From an uncultured Anaerolineaceae bacterium (GTDB lineage Bacteria; Chloroflexota; Anaerolineae; Anaerolineales; E44-bin32): a stretch of DNA of 64,000 bases. Location of the stretch: NCBI GenBank assembly GCA_964528155.1, contig CAZGRL010000001.1:1523-65522 (forward strand). The letters run 5' to 3'. The notes beneath the pieces were generated by a model, which searched no databases, had not been told where the DNA came from, and saw nothing but the letters and a program-made list of their open reading frames with translations. The number at the start of each line of letters is the position of its first letter. Position 1 is the first letter of the stretch. The position numbers and the translations under genes are program-made. Below are positions 44,143 through 52,916 of the stretch, one piece after another.

Positions 44143-44544
44143 ATGTACAGCCTCTCAATCTCGGGGGTGAGCGTGTCGCGGACGCGTGTCGTCGTCCTTA
44201 CAGCCCATTCCATGTTCACAGAGGGGATCGCCACCCGGCTGGGGCAGTACCTGGACCAGATCGAAGTGCAGGTGGTCGACAGCCGGGACTCGGACTGCTT
44301 GGTGAGTATCCGCGAGGCTCAGCCGGCAGTCATCGTACTTGAGGCCAACGACGAGAATGTCGAAAGGTTCTGCCCTCTCGACGAGATCCTTGCGGCCGCG
44401 CCTGAAGTAAGAGTTATACGGCTCGATCCGGACCTCGATCGGATCCATGTGGTCACCAGTGAGCTCCGAACCGTAGCCGGGCCGACCGATCTCATCAGCA
44501 TGCTTCTACCGCCGACATCGAACAGAGCGGGCGGATCGAAGTGA
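44143..44544 (+). CDS. Stand-alone receiver-like domain lacking the phospho-acceptor Asp (pseudo-receiver)
   Basis: RVVVLTAHSMFTEGI has TAH where REC domains have DD. PAVIVLEANDEN has E at the expected D position. VRVIRLDPD follows. The start is uncertain: ATG 44143 or a GTG near 44167. Confidence 0.55.
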   Translation: MYSLSISGVSVSRTRVVVLTAHSMFTEGIATRLGQYLDQIEVQVVDSRDSDCLVSIREAQPAVIVLEANDENVERFCPLDEILAAAPEVRVIRLDPDLDRIHVVTSELRTVAGPTDLISMLLPPTSNRAGGSK

Positions 44545-44650
44545 GACGACGGGCCCTTTGCTCGGCATGGATGGAAGGAGGTTGCCTCCGCGCGGATTCT
44601 TGCTATCCTGTGACGAAGTCCAAACGAGACCATCAGAGGAGAATGGCTCT

Positions 44651-45670
44651 ATGGGAAGAAGACTGATCATACTTGGCTTGGCTCTCGTCGGTGCGGCGCT
44701 TGTCCTATCGGCCTGTGCGGGTGCCGCGGGCCCAGCGGGCCCCGCGGGACCGCAGGGGGCTGTGGGACCTCAGGGTCCGACCGGTCCGGCCGGCGCGCCA
44801 CCGGCCGCCGCCGACCTGACGTGCACCCAGTGCCATAATGACACTACGTTGATCGACGGCAAGGCGACTGCCTGGAGCGAGTCCCTACACGGGACAGGTG
44901 AGGCCTACGTGCGGGGAACAAGCGCGGACTGCGCAGGCTGTCACTCCGGCGGCGCCTTCAGCGCCAGAATCGCCGCGGGTCTCAGCCCGGACAAGGTTGA
45001 AGCCGGCGATCCCAACCCGACGCGTCAGGATTGCCGCACCTGCCACGAGATCCACACGACATACACCTCCGCCGACTGGGCTTTGGAGACCACCGACCCG
45101 GTGGCTCTCTACGCCATCGAGGGCTCGACTTTCGACGGTGGAAAAGGCAATCTGTGCGCCAACTGCCATCAGCCACGCCGCGATTTCCCTGTCGCAGAGA
45201 ACGGCGTGATCAGTGGAATCTCCACACACTGGGGTCCACACCACGGCCCGCAGAGCGCCATGCTGCTCGGGGTAGCCGGCTCCGTTGCGGGCACCCCCAG
45301 CGCGCACTACTCGGTGGTGAAGGATACGTGCGTCGGATGCCACATGGGTGGAGACGCCGCCAATCACACGTTTGAGCCGGACGTTGCGACCTGCCAGACA
45401 TGTCACACCGATGCCACGGACTTCGACATCAACGGCGTGCAGACCGAAGTCCAGGCGATGATCACTGAACTTGGCGACAAGCTGGTTGCCGCGGGCGTGC
45501 TCAGTGAAAACAGCGCGGATGGTCACCCGACCGTAACAGAAGGCCCCGAGGCTGTCGCGACTGCTCTCTATGACTGGCTCTACGTCGCCCATGAAGACAA
45601 GAGCCTGGGCGTCCACAACCCTGCCTATACCAAGGCTTTGCTCCAGGCGGGTTTGGATGCAATGAAGTAA
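44651..45670 (+). CDS. Hexaheme c-type cytochrome lipoprotein with N-terminal collagen-like Gly-X-Y stalk
   Basis: Lipobox LVLSAC is followed by nine Gly-X-Y triplets (GAAGPAGPAGPQGAVGPQGPTGPAGAP). Six CxxCH motifs follow (CTQCH, CAGCH, CRTCH, CANCH, CVGCH, CQTCH). The C-terminal helices contain EDKSLGVHNPAY, reminiscent of NrfA-type multiheme proteins. GAGGAG lies upstream of the ATG. Confidence 0.85.
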   Translation: MGRRLIILGLALVGAALVLSACAGAAGPAGPAGPQGAVGPQGPTGPAGAPPAAADLTCTQCHNDTTLIDGKATAWSESLHGTGEAYVRGTSADCAGCHSGGAFSARIAAGLSPDKVEAGDPNPTRQDCRTCHEIHTTYTSADWALETTDPVALYAIEGSTFDGGKGNLCANCHQPRRDFPVAENGVISGISTHWGPHHGPQSAMLLGVAGSVAGTPSAHYSVVKDTCVGCHMGGDAANHTFEPDVATCQTCHTDATDFDINGVQTEVQAMITELGDKLVAAGVLSENSADGHPTVTEGPEAVATALYDWLYVAHEDKSLGVHNPAYTKALLQAGLDAMK

Positions 45671-45799
45671 TATGGCGTAGACCCGGGTCGGCACGGCGAG
45701 GCTTCGAAAGGGCTCAACGGCGAATAAGATACATCGAACGCGCTTCTGAATTCGCCACGACACGTCGGCCTTGCTTGACCCGGTTCAGAAGATAAGAAG

Positions 45800-45830
45800 A
45801 AGCCGGGCGCCATCTGGCGCCCGGCTTTTC
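45800..45830. terminator. Bidirectional intrinsic terminator (AGCCGGGCGCC-atct-GGCGCCCGGCT)
   Basis: An 11-bp GC stem is followed by TTTTC on the plus strand and by TTCTTCTTATCTTCT on the minus strand. It lies between convergent genes. Confidence 0.8.
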
Positions 45831-45960
45831 ACATGTCACGGCTCGACGCGGGCCGGGAAGGGGCAGACGCCGGAACAAGAAGTCGGGCGGCTTCACCGCC
45901 CGACCACTCGTTCAGACGAAACCTCGATGCGCGAGGACCAGGAGTTGGTCCTGCGCTGTC

Positions 45961-47208
45961 TCAATCGGCTGCCGAAGTCGCCAATTCCGGGACCGGACGA
46001 ATCTCCGGGACTTCCTCGTGATCGACGACATTCAGGTATCGCACCCCCAGCGTGAATGCCATCAAACCATAGGCGATCACACCCGCGCCGGCGAGCGCCT
46101 CGACCAGCGAGGGGAAGTAGTGTGTGTAGCGGGCTACGATCTCCTGCGGCAGATAGGTAAGGACGATCAGTTGTCCGGCCAGGTTCGTGTCCCATCGATA
46201 GGCCACTACTCCGCCGACAATCAGCCCGAGCGCGATCATCCGCACCATGGGCAACCTGCGCAGGCTCGGGCGCAACAGGATGATCATCGGGACGATGATA
46301 CCCAGGATGATCTCACCGACCCAGAAGTTGAAGGAGAGCGGCCCTTGCGTGAGCAGCTGTAATCCCTCAGTACGGCCCGGCAGATAGGTGTAGGTCATCG
46401 AAAGCGCGTCCCAGAACCTGAGGTACAGGTACGCCACAAGGACCCAACCGATGAAGCCCGAGACCTTCTCGAGCAATTCATCCCTGACTTTCACCTGCGC
46501 CGATAGCCGACCAGCAACCATTGAGGCCAGGACGGTCAGTGCCGGTCCACCAGCCATCGCCGACAGGATGAACAGGACGGACAGGTCAGGTCGATACCAT
46601 ATCGGCCTGGCCTTCAGCACGCCGTACGCCGCCCCGAGCGACGACTGGTGAAGGAGGGACAGGCCCAACCCGGCCACCGCCAGATAAGGGGCGTAGTGAT
46701 GAATGCCACTCAATACCTTCGAGACCCGCGGCCATCGGCGCTTGAACCAGGCTGCACCCCCGACGATCGGCGCTGTTTCCAGCGCCAGCACGGTCAGGTA
46801 CAGCGTGACACACATTGTGACTTCCCACAGAACGGAGTGTGGGTTCCAGAAGACCATCGGATGCCAGAATCGATCCGGCCGGCCGATATCGAGAAGCAAG
46901 GTCAGAACCGCCATCGAATACCCGATCAGACCGATGAACGTCGCCGTGCGAGCGACCGGTTGATAGCGCTTGAGATCCAGCAGATATACCGCGGCGCAAA
47001 GCAGGAAAGCGCCGGCGCTCATGGCGATCGATGAAAGATCGATGGTGATCCACAAACCCCAGGGAACCAAATCCGTCAGGTTGGTCACTACCAATCCGCG
47101 AGTGAAGACGACGCCTGCTGCGATTGCACCAAGGAGCATGAACCCGGCCAGCAGCCCGATCCAGATGTGGAAGGCGTTCCGCTTGACCCTAAGGCCGAGA
47201 GCCCTCAT
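45961..47208 (-). CDS. NrfD/PsrC-family polytopic membrane quinol-interacting subunit
   Basis: 415 aa with about ten TM helices. The LVPWGLWITIDLSSIAMSAGAF and DIGRPDRFWH motifs are typical of NrfD-like proteins. The gene overlaps the FeS subunit stop by 4 nt. Confidence 0.88.
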   Translation of the reverse strand: MRALGLRVKRNAFHIWIGLLAGFMLLGAIAAGVVFTRGLVVTNLTDLVPWGLWITIDLSSIAMSAGAFLLCAAVYLLDLKRYQPVARTATFIGLIGYSMAVLTLLLDIGRPDRFWHPMVFWNPHSVLWEVTMCVTLYLTVLALETAPIVGGAAWFKRRWPRVSKVLSGIHHYAPYLAVAGLGLSLLHQSSLGAAYGVLKARPIWYRPDLSVLFILSAMAGGPALTVLASMVAGRLSAQVKVRDELLEKVSGFIGWVLVAYLYLRFWDALSMTYTYLPGRTEGLQLLTQGPLSFNFWVGEIILGIIVPMIILLRPSLRRLPMVRMIALGLIVGGVVAYRWDTNLAGQLIVLTYLPQEIVARYTHYFPSLVEALAGAGVIAYGLMAFTLGVRYLNVVDHEEVPEIRPVPELATSAAD

Positions 47209-47981
47209 GCCGCCACCTCCCCCTTTCGGGCCTGCAAGTAGAAGACCCTGGGGCTCGTCCCCAAGTCTTCGCGCAGCCGGTAGGCCGGATACGTATCAAG
47301 CAGTCGGCTGACCTCCGACTCGGGGTCGTTGAGATCCCCAAAGACGCGGGCCTGTGTCGGGCAAGCCACGACGCAGGCCGGGGTCGCCTGGGGATCGGTC
47401 CCCGGCTTCAGCCCGAGCGCAAGCCCTCGATCGATGCGCTGGTAGCAGAAGGCACATTTCTCGACGACACCGCGCGGCCGCCGTTCGACTTCGGGCTCGC
47501 CCCATTTCGGGACTTCGGGATTTGGGCCTGTGAATTCTTCCCAGTTGAAGGCGCGGGCCCCGTATGGGCAAGCGACTTCACAGTAACGGCATCCGATGCA
47601 GCGATCGTAGTTCATCATGACGATACCGTCAGGCCGATGATAGGTCGCCTCAACCGGGCAGACTTCCACACAGGGAGCGTGCTCGCAGTGCATGCACGGA
47701 CGGGGCAGGTAGACCGGATCCCCGGCGTACGTCCCGGCCTCGATCACCCTGTTCCAGGATATGTCCGGCGGAACATCGTTGGTCGCCCGGCAGGCCATTG
47801 TGCAGTAGCCACATCCGATGCACTTGGCCTGGTCGATGACCATCCCCCAGCGATGAGAGCTGGATTCCTGTGTCTCAGAGGCTGAGGCCCGCTTCACCAC
47901 GTGCAGGCCGACCGTAGCCGAGACGCCGGCCGCCAGTGCCTTGAGGAAGCCCCGTCTGCCTACGGACTGGTCACTCATCAT
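47205..47981 (-). CDS. NrfC/DmsB-type four-cluster [4Fe-4S] subunit with Tat signal
   Basis: Tat motif RRGFLKALAAG. Cys clusters are CIGCGYCTMAC, CMHCEHAPCVEVCP, CIGCRYCEVACP and CAFC...CVVACP. The start is ATG 47981 or 47978. Confidence 0.9.
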   Translation of the reverse strand: MMSDQSVGRRGFLKALAAGVSATVGLHVVKRASASETQESSSHRWGMVIDQAKCIGCGYCTMACRATNDVPPDISWNRVIEAGTYAGDPVYLPRPCMHCEHAPCVEVCPVEATYHRPDGIVMMNYDRCIGCRYCEVACPYGARAFNWEEFTGPNPEVPKWGEPEVERRPRGVVEKCAFCYQRIDRGLALGLKPGTDPQATPACVVACPTQARVFGDLNDPESEVSRLLDTYPAYRLREDLGTSPRVFYLQARKGEVAA

Positions 47982-48903
47982 CGGCCTCTCTTTCGTCCTC
48001 GTCGCCGTCCTGGCGGAGTTGCCTGTACCAGCGCTCGAGCCACGGCGCAAGGATCATCCCGCTGGCCATGCCGATCAGCCCCGACAAGGCTGCAAAACCG
48101 ACCGGGCTGACCGGACCCGGCCCAGCCTGCACGGAGAGAGTGTCGACTGAAGCCATGGCGTCCTGGGGCTCAGGAGTCGGCTGACCCGGGTGGACCGCCA
48201 CGGGGTCATGCATCTGATAGGCATGGCAGTTGTTGCAGGTTGTCAGCCTGACAGTGAAGCTGTGATCCCGAACGGCATGCCCCTCTCCCTGTTGCCCGTC
48301 GAGGGTCGCCATGTGACAGTCGGCGCAACTCAGGCCGACCTGGCTGTGCTGGGAGTGGGTGAAGTTCGAGGCAAGGTCCTTGTGGCAGGCCGCACAGAGG
48401 GTCGAATCGTCGGCCTGTTTCAGGCCCGCCGCATGCGGGTCATGACAGCCGATGCAGTCGACCCCGATCTGTCTATGTTGGCTCGCCTGCCATTCGAACA
48501 TCGTTTCCGTGTGACAGGTGCCGCACAACGCCGCTGAACGCACGGTCGGCATCGGGTCTTTCGGATGATTGGCAGGGATCGGGCTGTGGCAGGCCTCACA
48601 GGTAATGCCTTCGGCCTTGTAGGCATCGGTCACGGGGTCGTAGCCCGTAGTATGGCAGGTCAGGCACTCGCGTGGTTGCCCCTGCTGCTCCCACGCGGCG
48701 CGGAAGGTCGGATCAACGGTGGCGTGTCCGTGGGCGCCGTTAGTCCAGGCTTCCTGGATCTCCCAGTGACAGGTCTGACACGGGATATTCTGCGAGGTCG
48801 GGGTTTGCGCCGAATCGTCGGCGCCGGCCATGGCCGCAGTGAAGAGCACCATCAGTGCGGCGATCGCAAGTCCCACACCGATCCGAAGCATCCATTTATT
48901 CAT
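47971..48903 (-). CDS. Octaheme c-type cytochrome with C-terminal membrane anchor
   Basis: Eight CxxCH motifs counted (CQTCH, CLTCH, CEACH, CGTCH, CIGCH, CAACH, CADCH, CNNCH). The signal peptide begins at MNKWMLRIGVGLAIAAL. ATG 48903 has GAGGAG 9 nt upstream. A C-terminal TM helix and an acidic tail follow. Confidence 0.88.
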   Translation of the reverse strand: MNKWMLRIGVGLAIAALMVLFTAAMAGADDSAQTPTSQNIPCQTCHWEIQEAWTNGAHGHATVDPTFRAAWEQQGQPRECLTCHTTGYDPVTDAYKAEGITCEACHSPIPANHPKDPMPTVRSAALCGTCHTETMFEWQASQHRQIGVDCIGCHDPHAAGLKQADDSTLCAACHKDLASNFTHSQHSQVGLSCADCHMATLDGQQGEGHAVRDHSFTVRLTTCNNCHAYQMHDPVAVHPGQPTPEPQDAMASVDTLSVQAGPGPVSPVGFAALSGLIGMASGMILAPWLERWYRQLRQDGDEDEREADDE

Positions 48904-48929
48904 GCTCTGCATCTCCTCACAACTCGGTC

Positions 48930-49280
48930 TCAGGCCGCCATCGGCGCTGGCATATCCCGAAACACATGACAGGTGAAGCATGTCTCGGGCAATCGACCAT
49001 CCACTTCACGGAAGACTTGCCAGCAAGGTATGTCTGCCCTTCCATAGGCCGGGCAGCTTTCTCGGTCTTCACGTGGACAGTCGTGCATTTCCCAACAGCG
49101 GATCTGGTGCGCCGCCGCACCGAGGGAATGCGCCTGCTGTCGCAGGGCTTCGCTTTCAGCCTGCCAGCGGGCATCCAGGCACCGTAGCCCCCAGGCCACC
49201 AATGCCGTCAGCCCAAGAGGGATCCCAAAACGCAGGATCAGGCCGACCACAAACGTAGCAAGTGCTGTGAGCCCTTCCAT
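48930..49280 (-). CDS. Membrane-anchored Cys-rich protein (two CW motifs, seven Cys)
   Basis: An N-terminal TM helix is followed by RCWEMHDCPREDRESCPAYGRADIPCWQVFREVDGRLPETCFTCHVF. This resembles the 'two-CW' Cys-rich sensory module as I remember it. It is the first large gene of the octaheme/FeS/NrfD operon. Confidence 0.65.
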   Translation of the reverse strand: MEGLTALATFVVGLILRFGIPLGLTALVAWGLRCLDARWQAESEALRQQAHSLGAAAHQIRCWEMHDCPREDRESCPAYGRADIPCWQVFREVDGRLPETCFTCHVFRDMPAPMAA

Positions 49281-49289
49281 CTCATCACC

Positions 49290-49412
49290 TCACCGAGATC
49301 GAACCGATCGGCTTTGCCTGTGCTCCAAGAGCGTTCCAAGGAGGAGCAGCACTCCGAACGGCAGCAAGATCCGAAGGATTGTCAGCGTGGAGACCACCAG
49401 TAGCCCTTCCAT
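49290..49412 (-). CDS. Unannotated 40-aa single-TM peptide (below ORF-track cutoff)
   Basis: My own translation gives MEGLLVVSTLTILRILLPFGVLLLLGTLLEHRQSRSVRSR. A strong AAGGAGG lies 5 nt upstream. The N-terminus is paralogous to the next gene (MEGL...ILRxxxPxG). The stop lies 9 nt before the next ATG. Confidence 0.55.
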   Translation of the reverse strand: MEGLLVVSTLTILRILLPFGVLLLLGTLLEHRQSRSVRSR

Positions 49413-49511
49413 CGGAGCCTCCTTTCCCCAGCCTTCTTATCCAGCTACATCCTAGCCCGGGCGCCATTCGCCGTAAATCCGAGGGCCACCCGATTTTCCG
49501 CTTACGGTAGC

Positions 49512-49542
49512 CGCCCCATCTTTTGACACCTAAGATGGGGCG
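49512..49542. promoter_or_regulatory. Perfect 11-bp inverted repeat CGCCCCATCTT-N9-AAGATGGGGCG, candidate response-regulator operator
   Basis: Read directly. It lies ~100 nt upstream of the 40-aa ORF, in the 430-nt spacer between the NarL-type regulator gene and the octaheme operon. A further CCCCAT half-site lies at 49547-49552. Confidence 0.45.
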
Positions 49543-49845
49543 TTGACCCCATGAAGCCTGCGGGGCGTGGAGCGGAAGTGGGTGGTTTCACCCACGCCGC
49601 AGCGATTGGTGATTGAGCCCAAGGAGCGGTCGTGCTTGAGGCAAACGAAGCCGAAGTCGAAGGGACGGGGCGTCAGAGTCTTCCCACAGCATCCCTCGAC
49701 TTCAATCTACCCGTCCGGCCTATCGGCAATGACGGGATGGGACCTGGAGAGCTTCCAGAACAAGTCTGTCAGGAGAAACGGCTTCGAAACGTGGGTTGCG
49801 TTCAGGGTGCGGGCGCGTGGTGCTGATGGGGCGGGATCGAACGGC

Positions 49846-50496
49846 TTACGCCTGGATGATCCCCTTCCGAATGGCGTACTTCACAAGCTCTGTGCGAGAG
49901 TGCAGATTGAGCTTGCGCATGATGTTCTCACGATGCCGGGCGACGGTCTTCGGGCTGATCCCAAGAGTCTCAGCGATCTCAACGTTGCTGGCGCCATCGG
50001 CCAGATGACCGAGCACCTCTCCCTCGCGTTGCGTCAGCCCGTCGAGCGCGTTCTCTTCGTGAGAGGTCGACTCCTGACTGAGGTAATCCTTGACCAGGAG
50101 CTTGGCCAGGGAGGGGTAGAGGTAGACCTCCCCGCCTGCGGCAGCTCGGATCGCCGTGAGCAGTTCCTCGGGCGCGGCCCGCTTCGGCACATAGCCACTC
50201 GCGCCGGCGTCGAGCATCTTGAAGAAGTACTCTTCGTCTTCGTGGATGGTCAATGCAACGATGGCGATCTCGGGCCGCAAAGCCTTGACCTGACGAGCGG
50301 CGTCGATGCCGGAAAGGTCCGGCAATCCGATATCCATCAGGATGACGTCCGGCCGGAGTCGATCGAGGGAATCGAGAGCCTCGCGCGCCGTCCCTGCTTC
50401 ACCCACGATATCGACATCAGGCTCGTTTTCGAGGAGCATTCTCAAGCCTGATCGCACGACAGCGTGGTCATCCACCAGCAGAAGACGAATCGCCAT
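49846..50496 (-). CDS. NarL/FixJ-family response regulator
   Basis: [26 protein letters not shown], and [43 protein letters not shown] 50496 has AGAGG upstream, and the gene overlaps the kinase gene end. Confidence 0.92.
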   Translation of the reverse strand: MAIRLLLVDDHAVVRSGLRMLLENEPDVDIVGEAGTAREALDSLDRLRPDVILMDIGLPDLSGIDAARQVKALRPEIAIVALTIHEDEEYFFKMLDAGASGYVPKRAAPEELLTAIRAAAGGEVYLYPSLAKLLVKDYLSQESTSHEENALDGLTQREGEVLGHLADGASNVEIAETLGISPKTVARHRENIMRKLNLHSRTELVKYAIRKGIIQA

Positions 50497-51967
50497 TTTC
50501 AGCCTCTGATGCTTGATTATAGGGGATCCTGACTTCGACGCGTGTCCCGGCGCCGGGAGTGGAATCGACTCGCAGCTGTCCACCAAGCAGACTCGCCCTC
50601 TCTTCCATCCCGATCAGCCCCCAGGCCCGCCGGTCAGGCGTGTCGATCCGATTCTTGTCAAAGCCGCAACCGTCATCCTCCACTTGTAGACCGACAACCT
50701 CGTCCGCGTAATCCAGGCGGACCGTCACCTTGTTCGCCTTGGCATGTTTGATGACATTGGTCAATGCTTCCTGGGCGACGCGAAACACCGTCGTCTTCAC
50801 GACGGATGGGATCGGCCTCTCCTCGCCGCGCACCTGCACACTGACCTCGAGAGGAACCCGCGACTGGATCTCGCCAGCATACCAGCGCAGGGCCGCCGGA
50901 AGCCCGAGGTCATCCAGGTGGGATGGCCGCAGATCGGAGATTAACCGCTGAAGTTCGTCCAGGGAGCGCGCCGTCAGACTCTCCAGCTGCCGCAGGTTCT
51001 TGACCCCTTTCTCGTTGTCGGTCGGAAGCATCACAGATATCCCCCGCAGCCCGAGGCCGATCGCCGTCAGTGCCTGGCCGGTCTCATCGTGGAGCTCACG
51101 CGCAATCCGTTGCCGTTCGGCCTCTTGAGCCGCGACCACGCGGCGCAACAGTTCACCTCTCAGCGCTTCCCTCCGCTGTGCCTCCTCCAGCCTTGCGGAT
51201 TGCAGCACGGCGATTTGCCTTTGGGTCTCTACCTCGAACGAACGCAAGAATCGAATGACAAACAGGGCTGCCACAACCGCGGCGACGGCGCGAACGACCT
51301 GGACCGGAACGCCGAATGTGGATTGGAACAGTTCTTGGTTGATTACGTTGGAGGGAAACAACGGGCTGGCCCGACTGAACACCTGTCCGATAAGACCGTA
51401 CCAGGCAAATGCCACCGCGGCCCATAGACTATCTCGTCCGAATTGAGCTAGGCCCGCCTGCCGGAAAGCCCGCTGCTGGGCGATCAGCCCAGCCGAGGCG
51501 AGTAACGCCGCGGGAAGCCCGAGAACATAGCGCGACCACACATCGGCCACATTCCACAGGACGCTCTCGCCTGGATAGCGACCTCGCAGCGCCATCAGGC
51601 CGAAGCCCCAGATCGCCGCCATGATCAGAGGAACCAGGAGGCTGACACGCCGCCACTGCTGCGTGGGAGCCAGGAGAGAGGCGCCGAATGCCCCCAGCGA
51701 CAGGAATGAAAACGCCAGGATCGCCAGCCTCAAGCCTTCCCAGGCCAGGCCGCCCGTGAACTGCAACGGCAAGACCTGAAGACTGAGGAACATCTCGAGC
51801 CACTCGTGAATCCCATGCAGCAGGCCGAAGCCCGCCAAAGGTCGTAGGGCGTGCCGCAGCCTCGCATCCGTCCCTCGACCCACTTCGAGGGTGATGGCCA
51901 GTCCCATGCTGAAGAACGCGAGACCGTAGAGGAAGAAGATCAGGGGGATGCCGGAGTCGTAGGACAT
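50468..51967 (-). CDS. Sensor histidine kinase with polytopic membrane-embedded N-terminal domain (HisKA_3 plus HATPase)
   Basis: About six or seven TM helices with no large periplasmic loop. The H-box is [15 protein letters not shown] and the ATPase domain carries DDGCGF and GLIGMEERA. Confidence 0.9.
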   Translation of the reverse strand: MSYDSGIPLIFFLYGLAFFSMGLAITLEVGRGTDARLRHALRPLAGFGLLHGIHEWLEMFLSLQVLPLQFTGGLAWEGLRLAILAFSFLSLGAFGASLLAPTQQWRRVSLLVPLIMAAIWGFGLMALRGRYPGESVLWNVADVWSRYVLGLPAALLASAGLIAQQRAFRQAGLAQFGRDSLWAAVAFAWYGLIGQVFSRASPLFPSNVINQELFQSTFGVPVQVVRAVAAVVAALFVIRFLRSFEVETQRQIAVLQSARLEEAQRREALRGELLRRVVAAQEAERQRIARELHDETGQALTAIGLGLRGISVMLPTDNEKGVKNLRQLESLTARSLDELQRLISDLRPSHLDDLGLPAALRWYAGEIQSRVPLEVSVQVRGEERPIPSVVKTTVFRVAQEALTNVIKHAKANKVTVRLDYADEVVGLQVEDDGCGFDKNRIDTPDRRAWGLIGMEERASLLGGQLRVDSTPGAGTRVEVRIPYNQASEAENGDSSSAGG

Positions 51968-51982
51968 CTGAGGGCTGCGCGC

Positions 51983-52909
51983 CTACTGACGCAGCGGAAC
52001 GCCACAACTTCGGCAGAAGCGATCGCTCGCAGCTGCGCGCCTTCCGCAGTTGTGACAGAACACCGGCGAGGCGTCCATCTCACCCCTCTCCAGATCCGAT
52101 CGAGAAGCGGGTCGGGACGGGCGCCGCCGTCTTCGACCGGCCGCCGGCGACGCCCGTGTCAGCCGGAGGTACCAGGCGCCCCCGGCCGCTACCAGGATGA
52201 CGCCAAATGCCAACAGGACCCAGGGGATGAACTGACGAAGATCCGGCGTGCCTCCCTGCGTCGAATCGGGACTTCCCGGCGGGAGGCTGAGCAAATCTGC
52301 CGTCAGATCTGTGCTTGTCTTGACGTACGTGATGTCGATCTCGGTTCCGGATGTTCCGGAATCTATCCCCAGGTCGGCCGAGTAGTACGTCAGGCCGTCC
52401 TGTCCGACGGTTTGAGACTCGGGCGCAGGCGTGATCGTCATCTCCTCCGCTCCAATCGGCGCCTGGACCTCATAACTCATGCTCACCACGTTGGACGCGC
52501 CCGGATATGAGTATGTGAAACGCCGAAGCTGACCATCGAATACCAGCGGGCTGTAGTATTCGACTTGGAGCTGCAGGCTCTCGGTCGTGACGCTGATCAA
52601 CCCCCACTCACCGCTGACCCCACGAGTGTACTGCGCATTCACGAGATTCCCCGAGGAGTCGGTCATCGCTACCGCCAACGGATCGCCCACGGAGGCGGGG
52701 ATCGGAAGCTCCGCCACCGCCGGTAGTTCGGTGGCCGGATCAAGGCGAACACGATAGATCACCAACATCGAAGGATTGTCGTACTCCGGCCAGAGGGCTA
52801 CCTGGAACTCAGCGATGGTCGGCGGCGTTTGCGCCCTCGCCGGAAACGCCGCGACGTGCAGGGTCAACCATGTCAGCAGGATCAGAGCACGCCTTGCGCG
52901 ACGCATCAC
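51983..52909 (-). CDS. Signal peptide, beta-rich periplasmic domain, TM helix and cytoplasmic zinc ribbon protein
   Basis: The N-terminus MMRRARRALILLTWLTLHVAAFPARA is followed by a ~200 aa domain. A TM helix (IPWVLLAFGVILVAAGGAWYL), an Arg-rich linker and FCHNCGRRAAASDRFCRSCGVPL complete the protein. Confidence 0.7.
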   Translation of the reverse strand: MMRRARRALILLTWLTLHVAAFPARAQTPPTIAEFQVALWPEYDNPSMLVIYRVRLDPATELPAVAELPIPASVGDPLAVAMTDSSGNLVNAQYTRGVSGEWGLISVTTESLQLQVEYYSPLVFDGQLRRFTYSYPGASNVVSMSYEVQAPIGAEEMTITPAPESQTVGQDGLTYYSADLGIDSGTSGTEIDITYVKTSTDLTADLLSLPPGSPDSTQGGTPDLRQFIPWVLLAFGVILVAAGGAWYLRLTRASPAAGRRRRRPSRPASRSDLERGEMDASPVFCHNCGRRAAASDRFCRSCGVPLRQ

Positions 52910-52916
52910 GCCTCGA

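Noticed and set aside
44700-44810. Nucleotide periodicity (GGNCCNGCN...) that at first glance looked like a short tandem or CRISPR-like repeat
   Set aside because: It is in-frame coding sequence for Gly-X-Y triplets. It has no spacer-repeat structure, and no CRISPR array occurs anywhere in the window.
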